From Octopus sinensis (lineage: Eukaryota): a stretch of 64,000 nt of DNA. Under the pieces are notes generated by a model. It ran no database searches. It was not told the origin of the DNA and was given only the letters and a program-made list of their open reading frames with translations. The translations under genes were made by a program, and so were the position numbers. Location: the NCBI RefSeq assembly GCF_006345805.1, contig NC_042999.1:170934001-170998000 (forward strand), given 5' to 3'. This document shows, in pieces, positions 50,665 through 64,000 of this stretch (its first letter is position 1; each line of letters opens with the position of its first letter).

Positions 50665-51513
50665 ATATATGCTGCTGAACGAGGACAAATTTGAATTAAT
50701 CCACTTCGGAAAGGAGGATACATTGAAACTACCATACCCCTTTTCTTCAGGTAAAAACCCCATGGCATCCAATATCAAAGACTTGGGAGTAATAGTGGAC
50801 AACAGCATATGCTGGGCTTCTCATATAAACAGCAAAATTGACATGGCCCGCAGAATGTGTTCCTGGATTCTCAGAACTTTCCAGTCGAGCGATATCCACA
50901 TAATCATATTTCTCTTCTCTACTATTGTCCGACCCCACCTTGAATACTGTTGTCCATTGTGGTTTCCCCACAAGAAACAAAGTATCATGAAAATTGAAGC
51001 ACCTCATAGGTCAATTACAAAAAAGATAGATGGCATGGCAGGCCTTGACTTTAGCTTTATTCTCTCCAACGCTGCTTGAGTGCTACATCATCTGCATGAT
51101 GTGGAAAATATTCCATCAGTATTCCCCAAATGATATTGGCATCGCCTTTAAGATACACCTAAGACTTGGACCCCGTGCTATCCGCCCACAACATAAACCA
51201 TACTAACATCACATAACAACAATAGGGCACAATTATTCCACCTCAATTGGCCCCTCTCTCTTTAACATTACAGCAAAACACATTAAAGCAGAAACAGATG
51301 CGATGAAGTTCAAGAAGTCTTTGGACATACATACATACATACTTATAAAATCCCGAATAAACCTCCTACAACCGGATATATCTCCGTAAACAATAACTCT
51401 GCACTCGAGTGGGCCATGTCATCCGATTCCTGATTTGAATGACTTTGCCAGGTGGTGCTACTAAGTTAGATATGGTCTGTGCAATACTGGCCGAAACATA
51501 TCAAAGTATCAAA

Positions 51514-51515
<2 letters not shown>
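50665..51515 (+). mobile_element. 5'-truncated CR1-clade LINE (RT C-terminus and 3' UTR)
   Basis: LLNEDKFELIHFG..IKDLGVIVD..WILRTF..VRPHLEYCCPLW..KIE. The 3' end runs into (TA)n. Confidence 0.9.
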
Positions 51516-51556
<41 letters not shown>

Positions 51557-51557
51557 A

Positions 51558-52751
51558 TATATTTATTATATAGAAGGAGCTTCTACAGGACTAGAACAGT
51601 TTCATTCAAGAGAAATCTTCAGGAAGCTAGTTAACAAGAATTGTATTGGCATTTATACATTTAGGCAGGTTTAAAGGGGTGGTGGTGGGGGACTTTTTGG
51701 GGGTAGGCATAGCGCAATATCATATTTGTGGTCAAGGAGTCAGTGGTAAATTAGATAAAAGAATAAATAAAAGAATAAAAAAATATATAGAAGAATAGAG
51801 TTTTAGGTAAATAAGGAGATTCTCACTTATACCTATACACATATGTATACATATATACACACACACACACATACACATACACACATACATACACACACAC
51901 ACATATATATATACACATACATATACATACATCATATATCTATATATATATATATATAATATATATATATATATACACATATATGCATATACATATACAC
52001 ACACATGTATATATACACACACGACCACACATACATATACACACAAAAAAATATATACATACACACACGTACACATACACACATACACACACATATCCAC
52101 ATACACACATGCACACACAACACACAAGTCCCTATATACAACATATATACATATACACATATATATATATATACATATATATATACATGTGTACCTATAC
52201 ATACCTACACATACACACATATATACATACAAATACAAACCCATTCCCTAATTTAATTTTATTATCTTCATTTATACTTTGTTATCTTGACCGCTGGTCA
52301 CAAGCATCTTGGCTACAACAGCAAGTCCGTTTATCTTACTACTTGAACACAAGCACTCACTCACGCACGCACTCATTAGCACGCACACTCACTCATTCGT
52401 ACACTCATACACATAGACGCACGCACGCGTTATATTCATACATACATACATCTACATACATTCACGTATATACACATACGTACGCGTACCTACAGATTCA
52501 TGTCTACACTCTTAGAGACTAGTCTATACATATACACCGAAAATATATATACACACATACACATACACCTACATACAAATACATACTACATATATATATA
52601 TATATATATATACGTATATATATACATACATACATACATCATACATACACCCATACATACTACATATTACACATACAACACCACACGTATACATATACAT
52701 ACATATACGCGCATGCATACACATACATAACATACACATACACATATACAT

Positions 52752-52794
<43 letters not shown>

Positions 52795-53107
52795 TATATA
52801 TACAAATACATACATATACATACATACATATACATATATACACACACACATACATATACATATACACATACACGCACATACACATATACATGCGTACCCA
52901 TACACACACACACACGCGCATCCATATATACACATAAAAACACACATGCGTAAAAGTATACATATATCTATGCTTACACATACACACACACACACGCGAC
53001 TCCTTATGTTCATAATTACATGCATACTCAAAAAATAAATAATAAATATTAAGTATATATACGTGCAGTTACCTATTATACAGACGGACACATACATATA
53101 AACTTAC

Positions 53108-53145
<38 letters not shown>

Positions 53146-53288
53146 CTTACACATATGTACATATACATACACACATACGTACTCTACAGTACTAACATAT
53201 ACATAAACACACGAGCGTACACGTATATGTACATTTACACATACACATACACACACATATATACATACATACATATACATACACACAT

Positions 53289-53300
<12 letters not shown>
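51558..53300. repeat. Left arm of a ~1.7-kb inverted repeat (distal 3' region/pLTR of a Penelope-like element; CA/TA low complexity)
   Basis: Unique anchors (gaaggagc..ctagaacagtttcattc; gaccgctggtcacaagcatcttggc; ctattatacagacgg) recur reverse-complemented at 55625-57304. Confidence 0.9.
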
Positions 53301-53339
<39 letters not shown>

Positions 53340-53364
53340 CATATACATACACACACATACACAT

Positions 53365-53409
<45 letters not shown>

Positions 53410-53515
53410 TATATATATACACATACATACATACATACACATACATATACATATACACACATACACACACACATACATATATACACACACACATACATAT
53501 TACATACACACATAT

Positions 53516-53558
<43 letters not shown>

Positions 53559-53761
53559 TATACATGTGTGCAAACATACCTACATACTCATACACCCACA
53601 CACAGCATTACATATCATATATACACACACTTACACACACATATATATATATATACATATATAATATATACACACATACACATATGTACATACACACACA
53701 TATATTCACATATATTATATATATATATATAACACACATATATATATTATATATTAGATAT

Positions 53762-53795
<34 letters not shown>

Positions 53796-53943
53796 ATATA
53801 CAACATATATACATATATACATACATACACACACATAACACACACACACGTATATATACATACATACACATACACATACATATATATATATATACATACA
53901 TATACACATGCACATACGTATAACTCTACATACCCACATATAC

Positions 53944-53974
<31 letters not shown>

Positions 53975-54829
53975 TATATATACATATATATATGTATATA
54001 TACACACACATATATACCCATCTACAATCTGTATATACACACACATACATGCACATACACATAACTCTACATACCTACATATACATCGACATACTCGCGT
54101 ACACTTATATATACATATATATATACATATACACATACATATACATTATATATATATATAATATATATATACACACACTATATCTATATATATACACACA
54201 CACACACCACACCATACACAACAATATATATATATATATATATATAGATATATATATATAGATATCTATATATATAATATATATATATATATATATCAAA
54301 AATTGAGGGTAAAGGTTAATTAGTTTTAATCAATTTCACTAAGTATTTAGTATGTAAAAGGACCTATTTTTTTATTTTATTTTTTTTTGAGTAAACATTG
54401 TCTGAGAGAAAATTTTCTTTAAGTAGTGGAGAAAGGGCTAAAAAACTTTTTTGGCTGGTATTTCTAGAAAGTTCAGTATGTGGCAAAGTAATTTATTTTA
54501 CTAAGCCCTAATTATATAATATTCTATATATACATACAAACATACATACACAATACATATACACATACATATGCATACACACATATATACATATATACAT
54601 ATATACACCACACACACACACAACACAACACATACTATATATATATTTTTTTACATACATACACACACACACACATAATACATGCGTATATTCCTACTAT
54701 ACCCATACATTTTATACATATATTACGATACAATATACAAGCGTGCACATACAATATGTGAAAGGTCTTTGGAGAAAAGGTAATCGGGGGTGCTAGGGGA
54801 AACGGTGGGATTGGGGGGGTTTGTTGGTG

Positions 54830-55620
54830 GGGTGTCATTCATCTCGGTTGCCGCGGTAGGTCTATAGTTCTTGTAGTTTGCATAATTCTTATGCATGCAA
54901 TTTGGGGAGTGTTCGAGATCTTGTTAAGGAGAGGGCCTTTGGCGAACAAGATCTCTAGGCTCTCCGAAATGCAAAGGTCACAGTAGGTATGGCCTCCTGT
55001 GTACGAACGCGCCTTCTGTAGTAGTTTCCACTTGGTCTTGAAGGGGATGGAGTTCCTTTTAAGGTACCAGATGCGGGCGGCGAGGGTAGTTTGGTTGGAT
55101 TTATCCGGTCGCCGGAACGAGTGTGTGTGGGCGTACCAACGGGTCTTAAAGCTGTTTGACGTCATTCCGATGTAGGATTTTCTTTATCGTCAGGGCCTGA
55201 TCTTACCTCGCATGTAATACTAGGTCCTCTGTAGGCAGTTGTTGTTGGGGGCAGGTGGTTTTATCAGGGCAGTTGCAATTGCTATCGGACGTTGGATGGC
55301 CTCGGAAAAAGTAGATATATTAAGTTTTTTCACATTGTTGTTGGCTAGGTTCCTGGCTAGATTGGGCGTGGTAGAGTAGGAGAGTCTATATGTGTCTTAT
55401 TTAGATAGTGTTAGTACTTATGTTGGGTGGGAAGTGTTTCTGTAGGAGACTGAAGAAGATTTTAGCTACAGGTGTAGCGACCTTACGGTTGAAGGGGGGG
55501 TTGTACCAGCTAATGTGTCTTCGTCTATTTTTCCTGGGTTGGCGTGGGGCTATACTAGTATAGGTAATCTTATCTTTAAAGCCACTGCGGGCCAGGGCCT
55601 CGTTGTAATAGGGGGCTGCG
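54830..55620 (-). mobile_element. Penelope-like element ORF 3' fragment with GIY-YIG endonuclease
   Basis: RRRHISWYNPPFNRKV..LLQKHFP, then KSYIGMTSNSFKTRWYAH..RIWYLK..WKLLQKARSY..CDLCISE. Frameshifted. Confidence 0.9.
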
Positions 55621-55624
55621 GCCT

Positions 55625-56686
55625 TATATGTATATATATGTGTGTATGTATATGTATGTATGTATATATGTGTGTGTATGTGTATGTGTAAATGTACATA
55701 TACGTGTACGCTCGTGTGTTTATGTATATGTAGGTACGTAGAGTTATGTATGTGTGTATGTATATGTAATATGTGTAAGTATGTATATATATATATATAT
55801 ATATTATAATATGTATATATTATATATATATATGTGTGTGTGTAAGTTTATATGTGTATCCGTCTGTATAATAGGTAACTGCACGTATATTACTTAATAA
55901 TTATTTATTTTTTGAGTATGCATGTAAGTATGAACATAAGGAGGCGCGTGTGTGTGTGTATGTGTAAGCATAGATATATGTATACTTTTACGCATGTGTG
56001 TATTTATGTGTATATATGGATGCGCGCGTGTGTGTGTGTGTATGGGTACGCATGTATATGTGTATGTGCGTGTATGTGTATATGTGTATGTATGTGTGTG
56101 TGTATATATGTATATGTATGTATGTATATGTATGTATTTGTATATATATATATATGTATATATATATGTATATATATGTATATGTGTATGTGTATGTATA
56201 TGTATGTGTATGCATGCGCGTATATGTATGTATATGTATACGTGTGGGTGTGTGTATGTGTATATATGTATGTATGTATGTATTTGTATGTAGGTGTATG
56301 TGTATGTGTGTATATATATTTATCGGTGTATATGTATAGACTAGTCTTCTAAGAGTGTAGACATGAATCTGTAGGTACGCGTACGTATGTGTATATACGT
56401 GAATGTATGTAGATGTATGTATGTATGAATATAACGCGTGCGTGCGTCTATGTGTATGAGTGTACGAATGAGTGAGTGTGCGTGCTAATGAGTGTGCGTG
56501 CGTGAGTGAGTGCTTGTGTTCAAGTAGTAAGATAAATGGACTTGCTGTTGTAGCCAAGATGCTTGTGACCAGCGGTCAAAGATAACAAAAGTAATAAATG
56601 AAGATAATAAAATTAAAATTAGGGAATGGGTTTGTATTTGTATGTATATATGTGTGTATGTGTAGGTATGTATAGGTACACATATG

Positions 56687-56718
<32 letters not shown>

Positions 56719-57304
56719 TGTGTATATGTATATATGTGTATATAGGGACTTGTGTGTTGTGTGTGCATGTGTGTATGTGGATATGTGTGTGTATGTGTGT
56801 ATGTGTACGTGTGTGTATGTATATATTTTTTTGTGTGTATATGTATGTGTGGTCGTGTGTGTATATATACATGTGTGTGTGTATATGTATATGCATATAT
56901 GTGTGTATATATATATATATATATGTAGATATATGTATGTATATGTATGTGTATATATATATGTGTGTGTATGTATGTGTGTATGTATATGTGTGTGTGT
57001 GTGTATATATGTATACATATGTGTATAGGTATAAGTGAGAATCTCCTTATTTACCTAAAACTCTATCTTCTATATATTTTTTTTTCTTTTATTGATTCTT
57101 TTATCTAATTTACCACTGACTCCTTGCCCACTCCCCCAAGTATGATATTTTTGCGCTATGCCTACCCCAAAAAGTCCCCCACCACCACCCCTTTAAACCT
57201 GCCTAAATGTATAAATGCCAATACAATTCTTGTTAACTAGCTTCCTGAAGATTTCTCTTGAATGAAACAGTTCTAGTCCTGTAGAGCTCCTTCTATATAA
57301 TAAA
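55625..57304. repeat. Right arm of the ~1.7-kb inverted repeat
   Basis: Reverse complement of 51558-53300, with scattered small indels. Confidence 0.9.
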
Positions 57305-57392
57305 TTAATTTTACTCTGCTATGTAATTGAGTACCTATTTACTGTGGTTAACCCCGAATCAACCCGGGACTCATACATATATATATATATAT

Positions 57393-57419
<27 letters not shown>

Positions 57420-57427
<8 letters not shown>

Positions 57428-57907
57428 TAATCCAAACATGAAAACCAAGACAAAACTCAACAACGCGATGAGGTGGAACAAGTATAGTGTTATAGGACGC
57501 TCAGGAAAGTAAAGAAAGAAGGAGGATATAACGTTTCGAGCGGAGCTCTTCGTCAGAAACATAGGAAAAGGAAAGATCCAAGGAAGGGAAAACAGAGGAA
57601 AAAATCGCCAACGATACACACACGGTCACATTTTGAATGACCGGAAGGGAATGGGTGAAGAAAAAGTTCTTTCAAAGACAGGAGAATGCAAGAGAAGGAG
57701 ATATGTGCGGCTATGTGCGTGCGTGCAGGTATCTCTGTGTGTATGTGTGGTGTGTGTGTGTGTGTGTGTGTGGTTGTGGCTGTTAATCTATGTGTGTGGT
57801 TAGGCTTACTATCGTTTAAGGTCAAGGAAAAATGATAGTAGGAGTGGCTCTTGTATCGACCTACCCATGTGCGTAGAAGAATAGACAGTGGAAAGTACTG
57901 GTAGTTC

Positions 57908-57941
<34 letters not shown>

Positions 57942-58166
57942 ATATATAGATGGATAGATAGATATGGTCTGTGCAATACTGGCCGAAACATATCAAAGTA
58001 TCAAACTATATATATATATATTATATATATTATATATATATATATATAAAGTTAATCCAAACATGAAAACCACGACAAAACTCAACAACGCGATGAGGTG
58101 GAACAAGTATAGTGTTATAGGACGCTCAGGAAAGTAAAGAAAGAAGGAGGATATAACGTTTCGAGC
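57420..58166. mobile_element. PLE-type pLTR repeat, partially tandem (57420-57545 repeated at 58045-58166), with a degenerate hammerhead motif
   Basis: ataaagttaatccaaacatgaaaacca..ataacgtttcgagc occurs twice. The minus strand at 57527-57560 reads CUGACGA-A-GAGC-UCC-GCUC-GAAACGUU. Confidence 0.65.
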
Positions 58167-58328
58167 ACTAGGTTTTAACGTTCTAGCTCACTTCCACTGT
58201 TTATTATAGTGTTTGAAAGGAATGTATGAATGTATAAGCGCGTGAGATGCATTTAGATGTTTAGATTGCGAAATATAAACTTAGTAAATACTAATAGCTC
58301 AGAAACATTGACCAGTAAAAGCTAAAAA

Positions 58329-58486
58329 CAGGCGTGGCTGTGTGTTAAGAAGACTGCTTCACAGTCACAGGGTTCCGTGTTCAGTTCCCCTGTGTGGCAC
58401 CATTGGCAAGTGTCTTCTGCTATAGTCTCGGGCCGACCAAAGCCTGTGAGTGGATATTGTAGACGGAAACTGAAAGAAGCCCGACG

Positions 58487-58517
<31 letters not shown>

Positions 58518-58753
58518 GTATATATATATATGTATGTATGTATTATTTGCGTGTGTCCTTACCATCGTTTCACAATCGGTGTTGGTGTGTTACGTCCCCG
58601 TAACCAGCGGTTCGGCAAAAGAGACCGATATAATAAGCACTAAACTTGCAAAGAATAAGTTCTGGGGTAGATTTGTTCGATTAAAGGTGGTGTTCCAGCA
58701 TGGCCACAATCAATTGACTGAAACAAATAAATGAATAAACGAATAAAAGAATA
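58329..58753 (+). mobile_element. Family A SINE
   Basis: Colinear with 41459-41874. Confidence 0.9.
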
Positions 58754-59141
58754 TGTATATAACAAAGACGTGTTGCTCTGACATATAAGGAAGGACGGCT
58801 TGTTTTCTGTTGCACGAGAGTATTCTAGACAGCAGCCAATAAAAGACAACCGAATTTTTGACATAAATTTAGTCATAGACATTCCTAAACTAATGGCTTA
58901 CGGGTTGGGGAGTTGTTTCTCAGTAACTTTTGTATAGTTACTTTCATTGGTCTTTGTTCTTCAGAGCTGGCTGTATTCTTAAAACATTTTCTTAGACATT
59001 CAGATTTCAAAGTCTGATCACTGTTTTATTTACAAACTCAAAGCCAAGCACTAGTCGTTCCTTTGAAGAATATCGTTCCTCTGAATTTTTACTCCAGGCC
59101 ATGCGTTTCTCGCTTGTGTTTATATATACATAAAAGTTAAA

Positions 59142-59193
59142 GGGCATATAGCGGAATGGTTAAGAGCCCGGGCTACTAATCCCAAGATTGCGA

Positions 59194-59242
<49 letters not shown>

Positions 59243-60057
59243 TAATAATAACGATAAATGCCCTGATGCAGTACCAGACAGTGGCTCGCATGGCTTCTGA
59301 TCTTAACCGATTGGAAGTGTTATCATGTACGTTGTTTTATCTTGGTATAAAAGATAGGCTACAGCAAATATTCTGCTCAATACTACATATTTGCTTGTCA
59401 GTTGTTTGACCTTAACCAGTTGACCATGTCCCTTACTTGCTGACGATATGTGCATCTCTGATCACGAGCAGAAGTAGTGGGGAAGCATCATAGCCAAGTG
59501 TTGAAAGGAATTCTTAGAGGTTTCGATAATTCACCTTTGGAAACATGGGTGGTTCGTTCAACACCCTTAAACAATCCTTATTCAGGGACCTTTTGAGCGG
59601 TATGGTCTACTCGACCAAAAGAAAATTGTAACTGGGCCCCATTTGCAAGGTCATGCACTGTTATCTTGATATGAGATCCCCATGTCACGCATATATGGTT
59701 GTGATGCATGTGCCTGGTGTACCCTTATCAGACGGGTAGTCATGATGGGTATACTGAGCCTCGCATATTTAACCTCATTGTCACTTTGATGGCATGCACT
59801 GCTCTCTCACTCAATGATAATAATAATAACAACAACAACAACAACAACAATAATAATAATAATAATAATAACATTTCCAAAAAATACCTTAGGAATGGGA
59901 ACCCAGGTTTGGGTTCGATATTCTACGGGGACACCTGATGAAAGCTGGAGAGTAAATCAACAGAAACGTTGTGGTAACAACAAAGAAGATGAGGACACAT
60001 ATTCGTCTAACGTAAATAATGTACAGAATTCTGCATCTCAAAAATATAGAACAGTAT
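59142..60057 (+). mobile_element. Second SINE family C copy, with a ~565-bp insert in its (AAT)n tract
   Basis: Truncated head gggcatatagcggaatggttaagagcccgggctactaatcccaagatt. The 3' body 59873-60057 aligns with 44378-44564. Confidence 0.8.
59251..59814. mobile_element. Unclassified non-coding insert flanked by (AAT)n on both sides
   Basis: Occupies the same position within SINE C as the Dong LINE does in the other copy. No recognisable ORF. Confidence 0.55.
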
Positions 60058-60237
60058 CAAAGAGAAAAGACATCGATATTGCTGGTCTTAGAGGCATAAC
60101 TAAATATATGGAGACCGAACTTTTGCAAAGACATAGCAAATTCAAATGAAAGTATGCTATTGTGTGTGTGAGCGTGTGTAAGAGAGAGAAAGAAAGTAAG
60201 AGAGAGAAAGAGAGAGGAAAGAAAGAGAGAAAGGGAG

Positions 60238-60296
<59 letters not shown>
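60238..60296. repeat. (AG)n microsatellite
   Basis: Direct reading. Confidence 0.95.
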
Positions 60297-60299
<3 letters not shown>

Positions 60300-61134
60300 A
60301 TGATGAACTCTAGGAATATTCTTATGACTGAGGCATACAGAACGAAAATCTATTTTAAAATTAAAACTATATTTGAATATGTCTGAATGTTTGATTTTGT
60401 CAAACTTGAACAGCTTAGAATATAAGTGATAGGATAGATATCACATAAAATCTAAAAGAGAATCATATATGATTATCATTTAATAATTTAGACGCTAAAA
60501 TATAATGGAGCTAAAATGTAATATCACAATATTTTATCGTAAAATGTGACGTCATTGCAAAATTCTAGTGAATACATATGTTTACTTTACGAATAACATA
60601 ATTGTAAAATTATGTTCAAATGGTTTTATATCTTTAACAACTTACCGTTTTTTTTTTTTAGTTTAGTCTCTGTGTGATTTCAACATCAATGTATCTCCTG
60701 CCATATCGTAAGCAATAAGATATGATCAACGTTGTCGTTCCCATATACCTCAAACCACAGAATAATGTAAATCAGAACCAGTTGTGGGATAGTACTTTTT
60801 TCGAAGGGATAAAGGGAAGCTCGAGAAGAAAAAGGTTAAATTTGATACAGAGCGCGATGAAAGTTCATATTATTCTTAGAAATCTAGATCCTGCAATTTC
60901 ACCACCAATTTCGCCTGCTGCAGATGTTATTCTGTCCATTTGACACTCGATGTGTATAAGAGATATTTTGTGAAGACAACTACCGCAGATGAGATGGCTT
61001 TACGTATTTAGACACATTGCTAATTAAGAAGTAATTTTGAACCGCTTCCGTCGCTAATTATGAAATAATATATGCGTGTGTGTGCGTGCAAGTAGGTGTG
61101 CGTATGTATGTGTAGGTATCTGTGTGGCGCTAGT

Positions 61135-61166
<32 letters not shown>

Positions 61167-61167
61167 C

Positions 61168-61211
<44 letters not shown>

Positions 61212-62439
61212 GGTGTGTGGGTGTATGTATATATAACACCTGAGGATATACATATAAGTTTATATGATCATATAGACATACTTACTCGGCGTGCAGCACA
61301 CATGCGCGTTTATTGATTTACATTCACGTTATCCTTAAAATAACTTTCTTTTACTTAATTTACCGATAAATGAATAATACTGCGATAAATATTTATAGAG
61401 AAATATAATGTTTATATTCTAGAAAAATTTTTTTAATTGTTTGTTAGAATTAATTCGAATGTCAAAACACATCATTTCGCTAACCCAATATTTCCAACAT
61501 ATATTCATTATCTTCTCATATTTAATTTATTTTTGCGATTTATTCTAGATCTATGTCTGCTGTTATTTTCTCCTGAAATGAGTTTATATATTCATAATAT
61601 ATATTTAAAAAATATTTTATTTGTTTGACTCAATATTGGTTCATAGAATAATTTTCATTCTTCATTGTTCTTCAGAGATATTTTTTATAGTTAGTATATA
61701 TCGTTTAGGAATATAATACAAACACACACGCACACATGCACATATACAATCATCTATCTCTTTCTCTCTCTCTCCCTCTCTCTCTCTCTCTATATATATA
61801 TCTATGTACATGTGTTTATATTTCTATGTATATATATATATATGTATGTATGTATATATGTATATATATATATAAATACGCACACACACACACATTTATT
61901 TATACACATCGCAACCCGCACACATATCTGACGCTGACTGACGCTGCAGGGCAGCACTTATATTGCTAGAAGTAAGAGCTAAAAAGCCCTAATAGCCAGA
62001 GGAAGCACATGCCTTATTTCACACGACTATTTTGCCGAAGCAGTCGCTGATTCATATGCTAAATACTATATAATGACAGGTGGGATTCAGCTAAATCATC
62101 TAGCGGTAGAGTAGTCACCACTAAGGAGCTTTAATTCGACGTGAAATTAAACTTGTATGGTGATCTAGCACACTGTGGGGTGGGTACCTCGCCTGTCAGT
62201 TCATAGACATATGCTTCCTGCGGCAATAAGGGTTTTTTCGCTCTCATTTCCAGAAGTTCAGGTACTAACTACTCTGCACCGTCTGTGACAAGTAGTGACA
62301 ACAAAACACACGCGCACACACACACGCACATACACACACACGTATAAACACACATGCATACACACACATACATACATATACATGCTTCTTTAGCTTGTAT
62401 ACACATGCCTTGTTAGCTTGTAGAGCATATGTAATAGTA

Positions 62440-62545
62440 AGCAGACTGAACCTATGACAAACTAAGTGTCTTGCTCAATACATCACCGATTTGGTTGATC
62501 CAAGAATCGAACACACGAACTCACGATACTGAACACCACACCTTG
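62440..62545 (-). mobile_element. Degenerate tRNA-SINE head
   Basis: aagtgtcttgctcaa..gaatcgaac.cacga resembles the reverse complement of a B-box/CORE-like region. Confidence 0.4.
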
Positions 62546-62565
62546 AAGAAGGGTCGCAACATATA

Positions 62566-62609
<44 letters not shown>

Positions 62610-63600
62610 TATATATATTATATATATATACATACATACATATATATATATATATAAACACACACACACCACACAACATCATATATATATGTGCGTGTGT
62701 GTTTGAGTATATGTTTTGTGTATGTATATATATATATATATTTATATGTATACATGCATAACTATATGTGTGAAAGCATTTTGTTTAATCTTTACGCATT
62801 TTATTATTTTAAAAATCATCTCGCTGAACTTCCTCCTATCAATATCATTATTTTCCTGGTTGTAGTTTTACACATTAGTTACAGAGTAGCGATGTGAGTG
62901 CAGAAAACCACAATGTGTTAATTATTATTTTAAGAGTGATCACATCGATTGCACTTTTACCTCATCCTAGAAAATATATCACAAAATTCCGTTTCATGTT
63001 CTTTGAAATATAGAGTATTTGTGTTGTAGTCAGAATGTAATTAATATCATACCATTTTATTCCTATGGCTTTAACTTCATGTTTTATCAATTTTATGCAC
63101 ATCAATTGAGTATCAATCCTACCCCGAAGCTGAGTATTTGATAACCTTTGACTAAAAATATATGAGTGCCAATGGAAGAAATCAATAATAATTTCAAAAA
63201 TATATTTGATGATCACTGTTCAACATGCTCCCGATCAGCGGGGATTGCAAGGTACTGTTAATACATGATTTAATAAATCTTCACTTGACCTACAACAATA
63301 ATGCCCTGCTGAAATATTTAAACACTGTAATTTTCAATTTCCCAACGAATAGCATTTTACTGCTTAAAATCACCTACATTTAAAGTAAAAAATCAGATAA
63401 TTATTCAAAGAGAGAATGTGAAATGTGGTATTTTCTATAATATCTTATATGTTAATACATCCAAGAAATATTCATAATTATTGGTATTCTTGTGCTAATC
63501 TATGTTTGTTAATGCGCATTTGTGGGTGTTTGTATGCGTGAGTGTGTGTGTACTGTTTAATATACATATATATATGTATATGTATATATATTATATATAT

Positions 63601-63639
<39 letters not shown>

Positions 63640-63645
<6 letters not shown>

Positions 63646-63837
63646 TGCACTCGCAATGATAGATCGCTAGCCACTACACAGTCTTTATTTTCTCTCCTGT
63701 TCCTACTGTGTTACTTTCTGTGAAGAGCGTAGGCTCGAAACGTTAAAAACATTTTCACTTCCCGAGCGTTCAACTAATACATCTGTTTGTTGTCTACACC
63801 ACCTATTTTCGTCTTTTGTTTTTTGTAAATTCTCCCT

Positions 63838-63845
<8 letters not shown>
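63640..63845 (+). mobile_element. Short PLE-type repeat between (TA)n tracts with a degenerate hammerhead motif
   Basis: cttt-CUGUGA-A-GAGC-GUAG-GCUC-GAAACGUU-aaaa at ~63714-63748. The 3' part matches 22575-22645. Confidence 0.6.
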
Positions 63846-63874
<29 letters not shown>

Positions 63875-64000
63875 AACATTAAAGTGATGGTCTGTTGCCA
63901 ACTTAATGTGATGACAGTCCCAGGATATATATATATATATAAGTCGAAAATATCGTTATAGGTATAAAGATACCATAAACAATTATAGAAAAATGGAGGT

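Noticed and set aside
51732-57038. Dozens of 60-190-aa ORFs rich in Y/I/C/V/M/H/T
   Set aside because: They are translations of (TA)n/(CA)n/(TG)n low-complexity DNA, which lacks stops in some frames. No domain content.
60722-60943. 73-aa ORF in unique sequence
   Set aside because: No recognisable domain or splice context.
62240-62270. Polypyrimidine tract, AG, 8 nt, GT (micro-exon-like)
   Set aside because: A single motif with no supporting gene structure in the window.

Overview
AT-rich, microsatellite-saturated animal genomic DNA. The SINE repertoire and repeat landscape resemble an octopus (coleoid cephalopod) genome; this is an inference. Only one intact host coding sequence is supported: an intronless 606-aa TRIM-type gene (RING, B-box, coiled coil, NHL-like propeller) at 9815-11635 (+). 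The rest is mostly transposable elements. These include an 8.7-kb co-oriented cluster of R4/Dong-clade LINEs (one full-length but mutated copy at 4558-8705), more Dong copies sitting in (AAT)n tracts, CR1, RTE and L1/Tx1 fragments, Penelope-like elements (PLEs) and their pseudo-LTR foldbacks, three tRNA-headed SINE families, and a few DNA-transposon remnants. The most notable structures are: (i) a tRNA-headed SINE whose 3' body carries a minimal hammerhead-ribozyme motif and whose internal (AAT)n tract was hit by other elements in both copies; (ii) a three-layer nest (long-TIR DNA element > SINE with a 13-bp TSD > Dong LINE) at 42501-46355; (iii) several PLE-associated hammerhead motifs; (iv) a ~1.7-kb-arm inverted repeat around a Penelope GIY-YIG fragment. 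Most ORF-track entries are microsatellite or antisense artefacts. All coordinates and alignments were read by eye; no searches were run.
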